IMG/VR virus record: IMGVR_UViG_3300044655_000029
Span: 1 to 26,291 of that record
DNA length: 26,291 nucleotides
Source of the DNA: a virus
Taxonomy: Duplodnaviria; Caudoviricetes
Direction: 5' to 3' (one strand)
Shown: piece after piece, positions 9,445 to 19,038 of the stretch
Position numbering within the stretch: the first letter of the stretch is position 1
How the letters are laid out: the number at the start of each line of letters is the position of its first letter
Program-made: the position numbers and the translations under genes
Notes under the pieces: generated by a model
Database searches by the model: none
What the model was told of the DNA's origin: nothing
The model's input: only the letters and a program-made list of their open reading frames with translations

Positions 9445-12400
9445 TGTTTTACAATGAAGATTTAAAAAAACATCTAGAGACATCTTCTGTAGTTAAAACT
9501 AAAAGCGCTGTTATTGCTGAGTGGAATTTGAACTCCCCAACAAACATTCTTAAGATTGGTAACTATAGATATAGGCCAACTAGGTCAGACTCAGTATATA
9601 AAATTATTCCAAGCAACTTCGACCCATCAGAAAATAAAGACACGTCCATACCATTTTACTATGGCGCCACAGATGCAGATGTAGTTATTGATGGAGGAAT
9701 AGATCCAGAAGATAATCAGACCCCAATAACTTTAAAAACTTCAAAAGAAAAATTAAAAATGATCTATTCGTTAGAAGATTGCTTTAAACAATTTAGACCA
9801 AGATCAGGAATTAATAAAGCAGTATACTTACCAGGAAATTATTTGCATCACCCTAACATTAATATGGCAAACCGTCCTAGATATTATATGCCAGACGTTA
9901 AGGATTCATTTAAATATTGGACATCGTTTAGAACTGAAAATGGTATAGAGTATGGAATATCTCTTTCTAAAAATGGAGAGTTTGCCATTGAAGATACCGC
10001 ACCATTTATTGTATATAAAGATACTGTATCTGCAAATAGAGTTGTTATTAAAATGCAAACACATGTTGGCAGCGTGGACCTTGGAACTTTCTCCTCTGCG
10101 TCAGCATCAATATCTGATCCATTTTATGGAGACTCTAAGAAAGCAACTCCAGTTAGATGGAAAGTACAGGCTTTAAAAAATAATTCATGGGTAGATTTAT
10201 TATCTTTTAATCAGTCTTCTGTTAGAAAAGACGGAACGCCTATCATAAAAAGTGACGGGTACGTTGAGTTGGCATATGGATTAAAGGTGCCACAACAGTA
10301 CAGAGATATATTTGTATATGCGGAAAAGTATAGTTCTGAAACCTTATTGCCAGAAAAGTCTGTGAATGGATATGCTTATTTAATTTGTACCAATGAAAAT
10401 GACATAGGTGAATTTCATATCTGGATAGATGAAATTAATGACTATAAGGTTTTCACGCCACAGTACGGGTGGTATTTAGAAGAGTCAGAGGTAGATAGAC
10501 TAACAAACTTTGTAACAGATATGACAAACCCTACAAAATATCTAAATGCTGGTGGTGCTCAGGTTTATAGAGAGTTCGATAACATTAAGGGACTTAGAGT
10601 TGTTGTTGATACAATGAACAAGTCAAACTGTACTTTTGATCTTATTGAAATGTCCCCAAGATTAACGGCAGACATATCGGATAAGACTGTAGATTTTTCT
10701 GTAAAAAAGAGTGCTTCAGATTTAGGTGTTAGTGGAATGCCAGTGGGACAACTTTTAGCATCCACTGGGTCTCTTTCTATATTTGATTACGATGATGCAT
10801 TTAATGAAAACAATACAGAAAGTATAATTAAAAACTACATCAATAGACATATACAGATTAAGTTTTATGATATTGTTTTTAATGTAGACGGATGGGATTA
10901 TTATATTCCAGTTAAGACTTTGTATTCAGATGGTTTTCCAAAAAGCAATAAATCAGATCAAACAGTAGAGTTAGAATTAAGAGATTTATTTTTTTATTTT
11001 GAAAATTTAACAGCACCACAAATTTTAATGACAAATGTATCTCTTAGTTCTGCAGTAGCATTTTTATTAGACTCAGTTGGATTTGCAAATTACACTTTTA
11101 AAAGAGTGGCAAATGAAACAGAACTAATAATCCCATACTTCTATGTAGAGCCAGATGTTAGCGTTGCAGAAGTTTTAGAGCAATTGGCAATATCGTCTCA
11201 ATCAGCAATGTTCTTTGATGAATATAATAATTTTGTTATGATGAGCAAAGACTACATAATGCCAACAGCAGATCAAAGACCTATAGATCTTTATTTATCT
11301 GGAAATGAGCCTGATTCAAACCTAAACATTCTTCCAAACATTCTTGAAATTGCATCAGAAGAAAACCAAGTATTTAATGATGGCAAGATTAATTATTCTG
11401 AAAAATATATTCAAAGATCTGTAGGAACTATTAAGCAGGCAAGCCTAATTGATATGGACAGGAATTGGATTTATAAGCCAGTTCTTTTGTGGGAAGTTGC
11501 TGGAACAGAAAATACTAAATCTGTTAACAATGAAACAGGTATGCAGTCTTCATATCTTTTAAGTGCTATACCGCTTAACTCTAATTTGTCAAATCAACTA
11601 CCTACAGTTGTAAATAGAGAATTGACAAATAACATTATAGACTTTGGTGAAGGTATTTATTGGATAGCAAGATATAATGGATATTTTTATTCTAATGGTG
11701 AAATAATTAAGTACGATGCTGCACAATTTAATGTTGCTAATTTCGGCAACGTTTGGGTTAGCAGTGCTCAAGAGTATGAGTACTATTTTTCACAGTTACC
11801 GTTTAACGGAAAGATGTACCCTACTGGACTTGTAAGAATATACACTGAACCCAACTATGAAGAAATAAACGGGGTGCTAAAATTAAAAAATGGAGCAGTT
11901 GCAAAACATGGAAGAGGACAGTTTGGAACTTCTATTACAGAACACTATGCAGGATTAAACTCGTACTGGAGAGATGACGCAAACATTAGAGGGTGCTCTA
12001 TGCAGTCAAAGTATTTATTTGAAGACAATACACAAGCACCAAATACTGTCGAGGGTGCTGCTGGAATAAATAATGAACTTGCCAAAAAAACAACAAGAAA
12101 TGGAATTATAAGAAATTTTATGTCTGCTACTTTTAATGCTGAATCAGATGTAAATACTTTTACAACACCAAAATCTGGAACTATACAATCCTCTGCTTTT
12201 GTTATGCAAGGACCATCGATACCAGTAACAGGCAAGCCAAGAGATTTTGTTTCATATGTCTATAAGCCACTTAATAATAAATTTAAACATTTTGGCACTA
12301 GAATGAGAATTATAGGAAAGATAGAAAATAATGCAAGCCGTGGACAAACAGCAAACGGTAGTACTAATTACTACACTGTTCCAGGACTAACTCCAGATAG

Positions 12401-13703
12401 AGACATAACTATTTCTGGAGGTGGTGGAGGTCTTGCCATAATGGTAAATCCAGAAACAAACAATGGATACTACTTAGAGTTGAGTGCACTTGGAAGTTCT
12501 AACATATCTACTCTTGAAAAACAGAATGTGCATAATGTTGTATTTTATAAAATTAAAAAAGACTCTGCTTCTTCTGATGCCATACCAGTAAAAATCTGGG
12601 AGGGATTAGGAAATATTATTGTAGATGATGGCAAGTTTACTGGTCAATACAGGATGGCATCTGAACAAAATGTAACAGTTTACGATATTGGAATTGAGTA
12701 TGAGGCTTTAGGAAATGCAAGAGTTTTTCATTTATACATGAACGGCTCACTGTTGACAACAGTTGTAGATCAAGACCCACTTCCAATATATAACAATATG
12801 GCGCTTTTTGTTCGTGGCTCATCAAGAGTTATGTTTGAAAACATATATGCACTGGCAAATAACTATAGCCAAAATGCTGTGTTTTCTTTGGATACACCAG
12901 TTAACAATATTTTTGATGATGAGATTAATGCTACAGAATCATTTAGAAAGTATGCTATGAGTGGTATTATTCAGGGAACCTATTTATCTGGAATCAGTAG
13001 TTCAGAACCTAATAAGTACAGCATTTATTTTGAAGAGTTTGGAACTATCATGCGTGAGGCTGCCACATTTAATATTAGATATGATAAAGCCTATCCAGCA
13101 CTTTATGCAAAAATGTCTCCAACGTTTAACAAGATAAAGGGGTACACGGTTTCTGGATTTAGAGCAGGATCCTATGGTGCTGAATTCATGATATTTAATG
13201 CTACAGATACTGCGTTAAGTTTAGATGAGACGACTGGAAACTACCTAAGAATCCAGGGAGTAACATTTACTCAAGAGTCTAATGGAGAGTTGACGGTAGA
13301 TGAATATTATTCTAAAAATAGTTCTTTGTCTGATCCTATTATAGAAGGCTCCAATGTTATTGTGTCTCCATTTAAAATAAATAAAGAGTATGAGGATATT
13401 AAATTAAGCAGAATGACTTACGGTAAAAAAGATTTTTCTATTCAAACTGCATACATTCAAACGCAAGATCAAGCAAATAGTTTAATGAAGTGGTTATTGT
13501 CTAAAATAATAAAGCCAAGAAAATCTATTGGCGTTAAGATTTTTGCTAATTCTACAATTCAATTAGGAGATATTGTTTCTGTTAAATACACAAAAGACAA
13601 TATTCAAAAAATTGCAAATGATAGATATGTTGTATATTACATTGAATATAGTAAAGGAACAGAAGGTCCAGACATGACGGTATACTTAAGTGAGGTAAAG
13701 TAA
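9444..13703 (+). CDS. Large tail-tip/baseplate hub (Tal-like) protein with inserted carbohydrate-binding-type domains
   Basis: 1419 aa, TAATG-coupled. Hub-like segments (SVAEVLEQLAISSQSAMFFDEYNNFV; C-terminal IQLGDIVSV..YVVYYIEY). A ConA/LamG-like beta-sandwich pattern occurs at ~12280-12850. Confidence 0.7.
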   Translation: MFYNEDLKKHLETSSVVKTKSAVIAEWNLNSPTNILKIGNYRYRPTRSDSVYKIIPSNFDPSENKDTSIPFYYGATDADVVIDGGIDPEDNQTPITLKTSKEKLKMIYSLEDCFKQFRPRSGINKAVYLPGNYLHHPNINMANRPRYYMPDVKDSFKYWTSFRTENGIEYGISLSKNGEFAIEDTAPFIVYKDTVSANRVVIKMQTHVGSVDLGTFSSASASISDPFYGDSKKATPVRWKVQALKNNSWVDLLSFNQSSVRKDGTPIIKSDGYVELAYGLKVPQQYRDIFVYAEKYSSETLLPEKSVNGYAYLICTNENDIGEFHIWIDEINDYKVFTPQYGWYLEESEVDRLTNFVTDMTNPTKYLNAGGAQVYREFDNIKGLRVVVDTMNKSNCTFDLIEMSPRLTADISDKTVDFSVKKSASDLGVSGMPVGQLLASTGSLSIFDYDDAFNENNTESIIKNYINRHIQIKFYDIVFNVDGWDYYIPVKTLYSDGFPKSNKSDQTVELELRDLFFYFENLTAPQILMTNVSLSSAVAFLLDSVGFANYTFKRVANETELIIPYFYVEPDVSVAEVLEQLAISSQSAMFFDEYNNFVMMSKDYIMPTADQRPIDLYLSGNEPDSNLNILPNILEIASEENQVFNDGKINYSEKYIQRSVGTIKQASLIDMDRNWIYKPVLLWEVAGTENTKSVNNETGMQSSYLLSAIPLNSNLSNQLPTVVNRELTNNIIDFGEGIYWIARYNGYFYSNGEIIKYDAAQFNVANFGNVWVSSAQEYEYYFSQLPFNGKMYPTGLVRIYTEPNYEEINGVLKLKNGAVAKHGRGQFGTSITEHYAGLNSYWRDDANIRGCSMQSKYLFEDNTQAPNTVEGAAGINNELAKKTTRNGIIRNFMSATFNAESDVNTFTTPKSGTIQSSAFVMQGPSIPVTGKPRDFVSYVYKPLNNKFKHFGTRMRIIGKIENNASRGQTANGSTNYYTVPGLTPDRDITISGGGGGLAIMVNPETNNGYYLELSALGSSNISTLEKQNVHNVVFYKIKKDSASSDAIPVKIWEGLGNIIVDDGKFTGQYRMASEQNVTVYDIGIEYEALGNARVFHLYMNGSLLTTVVDQDPLPIYNNMALFVRGSSRVMFENIYALANNYSQNAVFSLDTPVNNIFDDEINATESFRKYAMSGIIQGTYLSGISSSEPNKYSIYFEEFGTIMREAATFNIRYDKAYPALYAKMSPTFNKIKGYTVSGFRAGSYGAEFMIFNATDTALSLDETTGNYLRIQGVTFTQESNGELTVDEYYSKNSSLSDPIIEGSNVIVSPFKINKEYEDIKLSRMTYGKKDFSIQTAYIQTQDQANSLMKWLLSKIIKPRKSIGVKIFANSTIQLGDIVSVKYTKDNIQKIANDRYVVYYIEYSKGTEGPDMTVYLSEVK
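13681..13686 (+). promoter_or_regulatory. Possible -10 element (TATACT) upstream of the 13703 gene
   Basis: TATACT followed by SD-like GAGGT (13692-13696) and ATG 13703; no clear -35. Confidence 0.3.
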
Positions 13704-14233
13704 TGGCAACTAACTCAACCCCACCAATTCCACAAGCCAGTCCAAGTATTACTAGACCACAGGCGGTTAAGCCAGCAACACCAGATTTAATAATTACTCC
13801 TCCTGATACTGTTCCTATTGAAATAATGACTGATTTAATATTTGAAGATATAGGTGGCCATGAAATTATTACCATATCTAGAAGTGATTTAATTAATGGA
13901 GAGAACGTAGTTTATAGTCCTATTAAAAACCTAAGTTCTATATTCTTCCAATATAACCCTCAAAATATTCTTGCCCTACAAAAAACGGCAGATTCATATT
14001 TTAAAAATTTCCCAATTAAACTTAGCGACAGAATCCCAGAATGTGGTACTGGATATACGCTTGATGAGGTTGATCATACTAAGCAGATAGCAAACTGTAA
14101 AATAGTATATACAGATCCTATAACTGGAGACATTATAATCAACGTTATTAATATGGGTAAAGAAGAGCAGGTAGAGGTTCAAATCCTTCAGCAGGGGATT
14201 GTTCTTAGTGATACAATATACGAGGTGGAATAA
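13703..14233 (+). CDS. Hypothetical tail-associated structural protein
   Basis: 176 aa with a Pro-rich N-terminus, TAATG-coupled, SD GAGGT, inside the tail module. Confidence 0.65.
   Translation: MATNSTPPIPQASPSITRPQAVKPATPDLIITPPDTVPIEIMTDLIFEDIGGHEIITISRSDLINGENVVYSPIKNLSSIFFQYNPQNILALQKTADSYFKNFPIKLSDRIPECGTGYTLDEVDHTKQIANCKIVYTDPITGDIIINVINMGKEEQVEVQILQQGIVLSDTIYEVE
14209..14217 (+). promoter_or_regulatory. Extended -10 promoter TGATACAAT
   Basis: TGn-TACAAT in the last codons of the upstream gene, followed by SD GAGGTGG (14222-14228) and ATG 14236. Confidence 0.45.
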
Positions 14234-14235
14234 CT

Positions 14236-15393
14236 ATGATAACTAATAATGGGAAAAATATAATTGCCAAATACCTTGTGGGTCAATCCCCAGCGTATGC
14301 CTCCTATATTGCCGTGGGCTGTGGAGCAAAGCCATTAGACCCAGATCCAGAAGTTCCATTTGGAGATTATTCTAATCAGACAACATTGGACTTTGAAATG
14401 TTCCGTGTTCCAATTACTTCTAGAGGGTATATAAAGGACGAAGATGGAACTGCTAAGGTTGTACTTACGGCAGAACTTCCAACAGAAGAAAGATATGAGA
14501 TTTCTGAAATTGGAGTTTATTCTGCAGGTGCAAACCCAACTGCTGGTGCTTACGATAGCAAAACATTATTTTCATTTTCTGAGTCAGAGGGATGGGAATA
14601 TAATAATCAAATTGCATTAATACCAAAATATGAGCCACTAGATTCTACTGGGTCTAGCGGAGAAATACATATTAAAGACAATGGGTCAGACCTAATGGCA
14701 TTTACTACAAATGCAAATAATAGAATTTTTACAAACCCTGAAAGAGTTGAGCGGTATGAAAGATGTAGATTCTTAAATAATATTGTAATTACAAATGGGT
14801 CAATGTCAAATCTATCAACAGAAATGGTAGATGGGGTAAAAAGACTTAAGGCAAACACTGGAAGCAATTACGTAGGTCTAACTGGAACAGCATTAAACTT
14901 AAGTAAGAATGCCCCTACGGATGAAATAAGACTTGCCTTTTCGGTTGTAAATAAAAATGCAAACAATGTTGCACCAATTAATCCAGATAAAGTTTATATA
15001 CTAATTGAGTTTTCAGATACAGATGTTTATGGAGAAGGTCAGTGGGCAAGGTTTGAAGCAATTGTAGAAGACTATGATTTTGCAACTAATAGATATATTG
15101 TTAGCACTAAGCAATTACAAGAACTAAGAAAAAGCAGCACTGGTTTTAACTGGGACTCTGTAAATACTATAAAGGTTTATACTTCCGTGTTTGTTGAGAA
15201 CAATGTTATTTCTGATGATTTTTATGTTTGTCTAGATGCTGTTAGGTTAGAAAATGTTACATCAATAAATCCTTTATATGGTTTGGTTGGGTACTCTGTA
15301 ATTAAAAACATTGATGCTGCAACTGTCATTAAAGAATCAAATACAACAAGTTATATAGAATTTAGATTTGGGATGAATATTAATAATGGCTGA
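14236..15393 (+). CDS. Tail fibre-attachment/baseplate-like protein with C-terminal beta-sandwich
   Basis: The N-terminus (ITNNG...YIAVGCG...E.FR.PI...AELP.....EIGVY) resembles tail-collar/fibre N-terminal domains (DUF3751-like). The C-terminus (NWDSVNTIKVY...LDAVRLEN) resembles a galactose-binding-like fold. Confidence 0.6.
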   Translation: MITNNGKNIIAKYLVGQSPAYASYIAVGCGAKPLDPDPEVPFGDYSNQTTLDFEMFRVPITSRGYIKDEDGTAKVVLTAELPTEERYEISEIGVYSAGANPTAGAYDSKTLFSFSESEGWEYNNQIALIPKYEPLDSTGSSGEIHIKDNGSDLMAFTTNANNRIFTNPERVERYERCRFLNNIVITNGSMSNLSTEMVDGVKRLKANTGSNYVGLTGTALNLSKNAPTDEIRLAFSVVNKNANNVAPINPDKVYILIEFSDTDVYGEGQWARFEAIVEDYDFATNRYIVSTKQLQELRKSSTGFNWDSVNTIKVYTSVFVENNVISDDFYVCLDAVRLENVTSINPLYGLVGYSVIKNIDAATVIKESNTTSYIEFRFGMNINNG

Positions 15394-15808
15394 CCAAGGC
15401 GTTAAGAAAATAATTATTCCACGATCATCTTTGCCACCAGCAGGCAAGGATGGCGAATACCTAATTCGCTACAGAATAGCATCACAAGATAAAAATAGAT
15501 ATTCACACTGGTCTTTAATTCATAAGGTTATTGGCAAAAGCCTGCAGCCAGTTAGTGGCAGAATTGAAAGGGTTAACTCAATTATTGTAGTTGCTTGGGA
15601 TTCTGTACCTAACATATCAACTTATGATATATTTACAAAATATAATAATGAAACAGAGTATACATATCATGGAACTGCTACCTCAAATAACTATTCTATT
15701 ATTAGTCAGGGTGGAACAAGTATAGAAATAGCGGTACAAATAGGCGGTATATTCAAAGAAAGAAGAGATAGTAATACTATCTATACTGGAACTTTGAGTT
15801 TGGTATAA
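15386..15808 (+). CDS. Small structural protein with Ig/FN3-like beta-sandwich
   Basis: 140 aa; YLIRYRI...SHWS and VAWDSV...YDIF patterns typical of FN3-like domains. Confidence 0.55.
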   Translation: MADQGVKKIIIPRSSLPPAGKDGEYLIRYRIASQDKNRYSHWSLIHKVIGKSLQPVSGRIERVNSIIVVAWDSVPNISTYDIFTKYNNETEYTYHGTATSNNYSIISQGGTSIEIAVQIGGIFKERRDSNTIYTGTLSLV

Positions 15809-15820
15809 TTATACAGGAGG
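15801..15820 (+). promoter_or_regulatory. Extended -10 promoter TGGTATAAT plus SD AGGAGG
   Basis: TGGTATAAT (15801-15809) overlaps the upstream stop codon; AGGAGG at 15815-15820; ATG at 15825. Confidence 0.6.
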
Positions 15821-15824
15821 AACT

Positions 15825-16268
15825 ATGGCACAAATATCACCACCAGAACGAGGACAACCTTTAGACGTAAACTATATTTACAGTATAGTTAATGCAGTCA
15901 ATGAGTTATCTAAGCAAATATCACCATCGTCTTCAAAGTATGTAACGATTGACATCCCAGGGGATGGACCAAGATCAGTTAAGGCTTCTGAAGCAAGAAT
16001 TATTGGAACAGAGAAGGTAGTTGTAACCAACTCATCGAAGAATATTGGCGATGAAGAAACTTTTGAATATGTATTTCCAGCAGAGTTTAAGTTTAAGCCA
16101 GTAGCAACTGCTACTCCAGTCAACATAGGACAGACCAATGCTGGAGAAAATGTAACCGTAGTTTTAAAAAGCGTAGGAACTTCACGGGTGGAGGGCCTAG
16201 TTCGATTTAATGAAACTGGAAACTTATCTGTATCCGTAAACATATTGGTCGTTGGCATACCTCTTTAA
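15825..16268 (+). CDS. Minor tail/structural protein (C-terminal beta domain, H-type-lectin/gp53-like pattern)
   Basis: 147 aa, strong SD. The F....F...P...AT...VNILVVG pattern is typical of small tail-fibre tip domains. Confidence 0.55.
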   Translation: MAQISPPERGQPLDVNYIYSIVNAVNELSKQISPSSSKYVTIDIPGDGPRSVKASEARIIGTEKVVVTNSSKNIGDEETFEYVFPAEFKFKPVATATPVNIGQTNAGENVTVVLKSVGTSRVEGLVRFNETGNLSVSVNILVVGIPL

Positions 16269-16459
16269 TGATAAGTTGTAAGAAATGTTTTCGAAAAATG
16301 TTTATAGACAGGTTATATACCTCAGTCTCACATTTAGAAATATATTGTTTGACATGTGGATCAAGAAGATTTTTCCATCCACCATCTGATTCGGAGGAAG
16401 GTCGATGGCTACTAAAAAAGGAAATAGAACGAGCGAAGAATACAATGGCGCTCCTGTAA
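16268..16459 (+). CDS. Small C4 zinc-finger protein
   Basis: 63 aa with CKKC ... CLTCG; TAATG-coupled to the upstream gene. Confidence 0.7.
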   Translation: MISCKKCFRKMFIDRLYTSVSHLEIYCLTCGSRRFFHPPSDSEEGRWLLKKEIERAKNTMALL

Positions 16460-16947
16460 TACCTGGCAATAAAAAAGTTTGGTTTTTAAATAAAGATCTT
16501 GTTAGGATTGTGCATTATAACAGATCAAACGGTATTATGTCAATATACAATATTAACAAAGATAGATTAGAAAGTTGTTTAATTAATGATTTTAAAACTA
16601 AACGAGAACGTGCTTACACTGTAGGAGAAACTGCTGATCTTGTTAATAGACACAAAAAGTATATGCCGTCATTAATGAAGCGTGGAATTATTCCTTTCCC
16701 AACAGGATCACAAAAAGGCGGGGAGCGTGGATGGCAAGTAAGATCATATTACTCTGAATCGCAAGTAAGAGAGATTCGTGATATACTGGCTACATACCAT
16801 ATTGGTAGACCAAGAAAAGATAATTTAATAACAAACGATATCACACCAACTAAGGCTGAGTTGACACGCAGAATGGGTGATGGTATACTTACATATACGA
16901 AGACTGAAGACGGTAGATTTATACCTATTTGGTCCGAATCAATATAA
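16405..16947 (+). CDS. DNA-binding protein with MerR-like winged HTH
   Basis: YTVGETADLVNRHKKYMPSLMKRGIIP...RSYYSESQVREIRDIL matches a MerR/excisionase-type HTH; GGAGG lies upstream. Confidence 0.7.
   Translation: MATKKGNRTSEEYNGAPVIPGNKKVWFLNKDLVRIVHYNRSNGIMSIYNINKDRLESCLINDFKTKRERAYTVGETADLVNRHKKYMPSLMKRGIIPFPTGSQKGGERGWQVRSYYSESQVREIRDILATYHIGRPRKDNLITNDITPTKAELTRRMGDGILTYTKTEDGRFIPIWSESI
16861..16889 (+). promoter_or_regulatory. Near-consensus sigma70/sigmaA promoter inside the HTH gene
   Basis: TTGACA (16861-16866), 17-bp spacer, TATACT (16884-16889) with extended TG at 16881-16882; points into the replication module. Confidence 0.75.
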
Positions 16948-16961
16948 CAGAAGGGTATGAA

Positions 16962-17174
16962 ATGGAAAACGAAGATACAAAGGTATCTGTAACAATTGGG
17001 TACACACTAAACCTTGGAAACTTTCAATCACTAAGACTTGATCTTGGTGTTGTTGATTCAAGACGTAATGGAGAAACTCCAGACCAGGCTTTTGAGCGTG
17101 TGTATAAGTTTGTTGAAGATAAACTAGCAGCAAAGATATCAGAAGCAAAGGTTGAACTAGAAGAAAGCAACTAG
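16962..17174 (+). CDS. Conserved-looking small hypothetical protein (70 aa)
   Basis: ATG 16962 with SD-like AAGGG (16951-16955) is preferred over the 16929 start in the ORF track; motif GYTLNLGNFQSLRLDLG. Confidence 0.7.
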   Translation: MENEDTKVSVTIGYTLNLGNFQSLRLDLGVVDSRRNGETPDQAFERVYKFVEDKLAAKISEAKVELEESN

Positions 17175-17175
17175 T

Positions 17176-17484
17176 ATGACCGACAAGCAAAGTAAGTGGG
17201 CGTTGCTTAGTCGTTTTGACAAGCATTATAAGTTTAAGATGGGTCATGCTCCAACACATAATAAGTGGAAAGAGCAGAAGTCAGCAGAAATTCTTGTTGA
17301 GTCCTATACGCTAGAAACTTGCTATGCTTTGCTAGAGTACTATTTTGAAGTTACAGAAAATCCTACTTGGAATCATTTTTCTTATATTGCAGATGATATA
17401 CTAAAAGCAAAGATGATAGAAGAAAAAGATTTACATGATCGTGAACAACGCAAACAATTAGCAAAGGAGTGGTTGAGTGAATAA
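17176..17484 (+). CDS. Hypothetical helical protein upstream of helicase (possible loader/replication accessory)
   Basis: 102 aa, overlaps the DnaB start; function inferred from position only. Confidence 0.6.
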   Translation: MTDKQSKWALLSRFDKHYKFKMGHAPTHNKWKEQKSAEILVESYTLETCYALLEYYFEVTENPTWNHFSYIADDILKAKMIEEKDLHDREQRKQLAKEWLSE

Positions 17485-18703
17485 TACAGAATCTAAACTA
17501 ATCTCAGCCGTTCTTCAAGATAAGCAAGCGCATGTTTTGTTACAGGCAAATGTAGAGAACATCCTTACTACACATGTAGATGTGTGGCAGTTTATTAGAA
17601 AATATTATGAGTCAAATGGCACAGTGCCTCCTACAGATTTGGTTGTTGAAAAGTTTAGGGACTTTGATCCAGTTAGTGGCGTTGGTTCCACAAAGCATCA
17701 TCTTGAAGAATTACAGTCAGAGTATTTAACAAATAGTTTAAAAGATATTATTAGATCTGCTGCTACTGATGTACAGGGAGGTTTGGGATTAGATGCCCTT
17801 GAGTCTCTTATTACTAAAACAGCAGAACTTAGAAAAAATACAGCAGCAATTCGTGATATTGATGTTACAGATTTAGATTCTGCGGTTGCATATTTTGAAA
17901 ACCTAAAGAAGCAACAGGAGTCTGGAGCGCTTGGCATTAAAACAGGTTTGCCAGGTTTTGACAATTACTTACCTTCAGGAATTATGCCAGGGCAACTAGG
18001 AGTCTTCCTTGCATACCCAGGTATCGGAAAGTCTTGGTTGTCTCTCTATTTCGCTGTGCAGGCTTGGAAGCAGGGTCGTAGCCCTATGATTATCAGCCTT
18101 GAAATGTCTGAGGTCGAAGTTCGTAACCGTGTGTTTGCAATTATGGGAGAAGGCCTTTGGTCACATAGAAAGTTGAGTTCTGGTAATATTGAAATGGACA
18201 TGCTTAAGTCTTGGCATACAAAAACAGTTCAGGGTAGACCAGAGTTCCACATCATATCAAACGACACTGGTGGAGATATTAATCCAATGGTGCTTCGTGG
18301 AAAGATTGATCAGTACAAGCCAGACTTTGTAATTGTTGACTATTTACAATTGATGTCACCAAACCAAAAATCTGACAACGAAACAGTTCGAATGAAAAAC
18401 CTTTCTCGTGAATTAAAACTCATGGCTATTTCAGAGGAGGTTCCAATTATTGCTATCTCTTCTGCTACGCCTGACGATGTTACTAAACTTGAGACAGTCC
18501 CAACCCTTGGTCAAACAGCATGGTCAAGACAGATTGCCTACGATGCTGACTGGGTTCTAGCATTAGGTCGAGGTGCTAATAGCGACATTATTGAGTGTGT
18601 ATTTAGAAAAAACCGTAATGGTTTTATGGGAGAGTTCCTAGTTCAGGCTGATTTTGACAAGGGATACTACAGGTACAAGGATTATGAAGATAAGTCAGTA
18701 TAA
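17477..18703 (+). CDS. dnaB: DnaB-like replicative helicase (SF4)
   Basis: GTG start after SD AAGGAG; Walker A AYPGIGKS, SLEMS, Walker B VIVDYLQL, IAYDAD, Arg-finger KNRNG. Confidence 0.95.
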   Translation: MNNTESKLISAVLQDKQAHVLLQANVENILTTHVDVWQFIRKYYESNGTVPPTDLVVEKFRDFDPVSGVGSTKHHLEELQSEYLTNSLKDIIRSAATDVQGGLGLDALESLITKTAELRKNTAAIRDIDVTDLDSAVAYFENLKKQQESGALGIKTGLPGFDNYLPSGIMPGQLGVFLAYPGIGKSWLSLYFAVQAWKQGRSPMIISLEMSEVEVRNRVFAIMGEGLWSHRKLSSGNIEMDMLKSWHTKTVQGRPEFHIISNDTGGDINPMVLRGKIDQYKPDFVIVDYLQLMSPNQKSDNETVRMKNLSRELKLMAISEEVPIIAISSATPDDVTKLETVPTLGQTAWSRQIAYDADWVLALGRGANSDIIECVFRKNRNGFMGEFLVQADFDKGYYRYKDYEDKSV

Positions 18704-18704
18704 T
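18699..18704 (+). promoter_or_regulatory. -10 element TATAAT positioned for a leaderless transcript of the 18712 gene
   Basis: TATAAT overlaps the dnaB stop; 7 nt separate it from ATG 18712, with no SD. Confidence 0.4.
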
Positions 18705-18711
18705 ATGCTAC

Positions 18712-19038
18712 ATGGAGACATTTCAGCACAAGCCCATAAAAAGGTTTGCTTTGGACGGGGTCATTAATGATGACGCTGCCATATACAGATTACAGCAGGA
18801 GTATATCAGGCTACTGGTATCAGAGATGCGACTATCTGGCTATTCTCCAAGAATTGACATCGATCCACAATTTACATTATCATATAACGAAAACAAAAAT
18901 TACTTTGAATTTACATTAAGCGTATACGGAATATATATAGGGAGAAAGAAATCAGAATGGATACTAGGGATAGACGGAACCAAGCCAGTATATACACAGC
19001 AAATCAAATCAAAAGAGTACTCGCAGGATCTGGCGTAA
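18712..19038 (+). CDS. Hypothetical protein between helicase and primase
   Basis: 108 aa ORF filling the gap with protein-like composition; overlaps the primase by 82 nt. Confidence 0.7.
   Translation: METFQHKPIKRFALDGVINDDAAIYRLQQEYIRLLVSEMRLSGYSPRIDIDPQFTLSYNENKNYFEFTLSVYGIYIGRKKSEWILGIDGTKPVYTQQIKSKEYSQDLA

Noticed and set aside
16929-16961. Upstream start given in the ORF track for the 81-aa ORF
   Set aside because: ATG 16962 has an SD-like AAGGG at a suitable distance and avoids overlap with the HTH gene.
18654-18679. TTGACA near the end of dnaB
   Set aside because: No -10 hexamer at 16-19 bp spacing; likely a by-product of the Phe-Asp-Lys codons.
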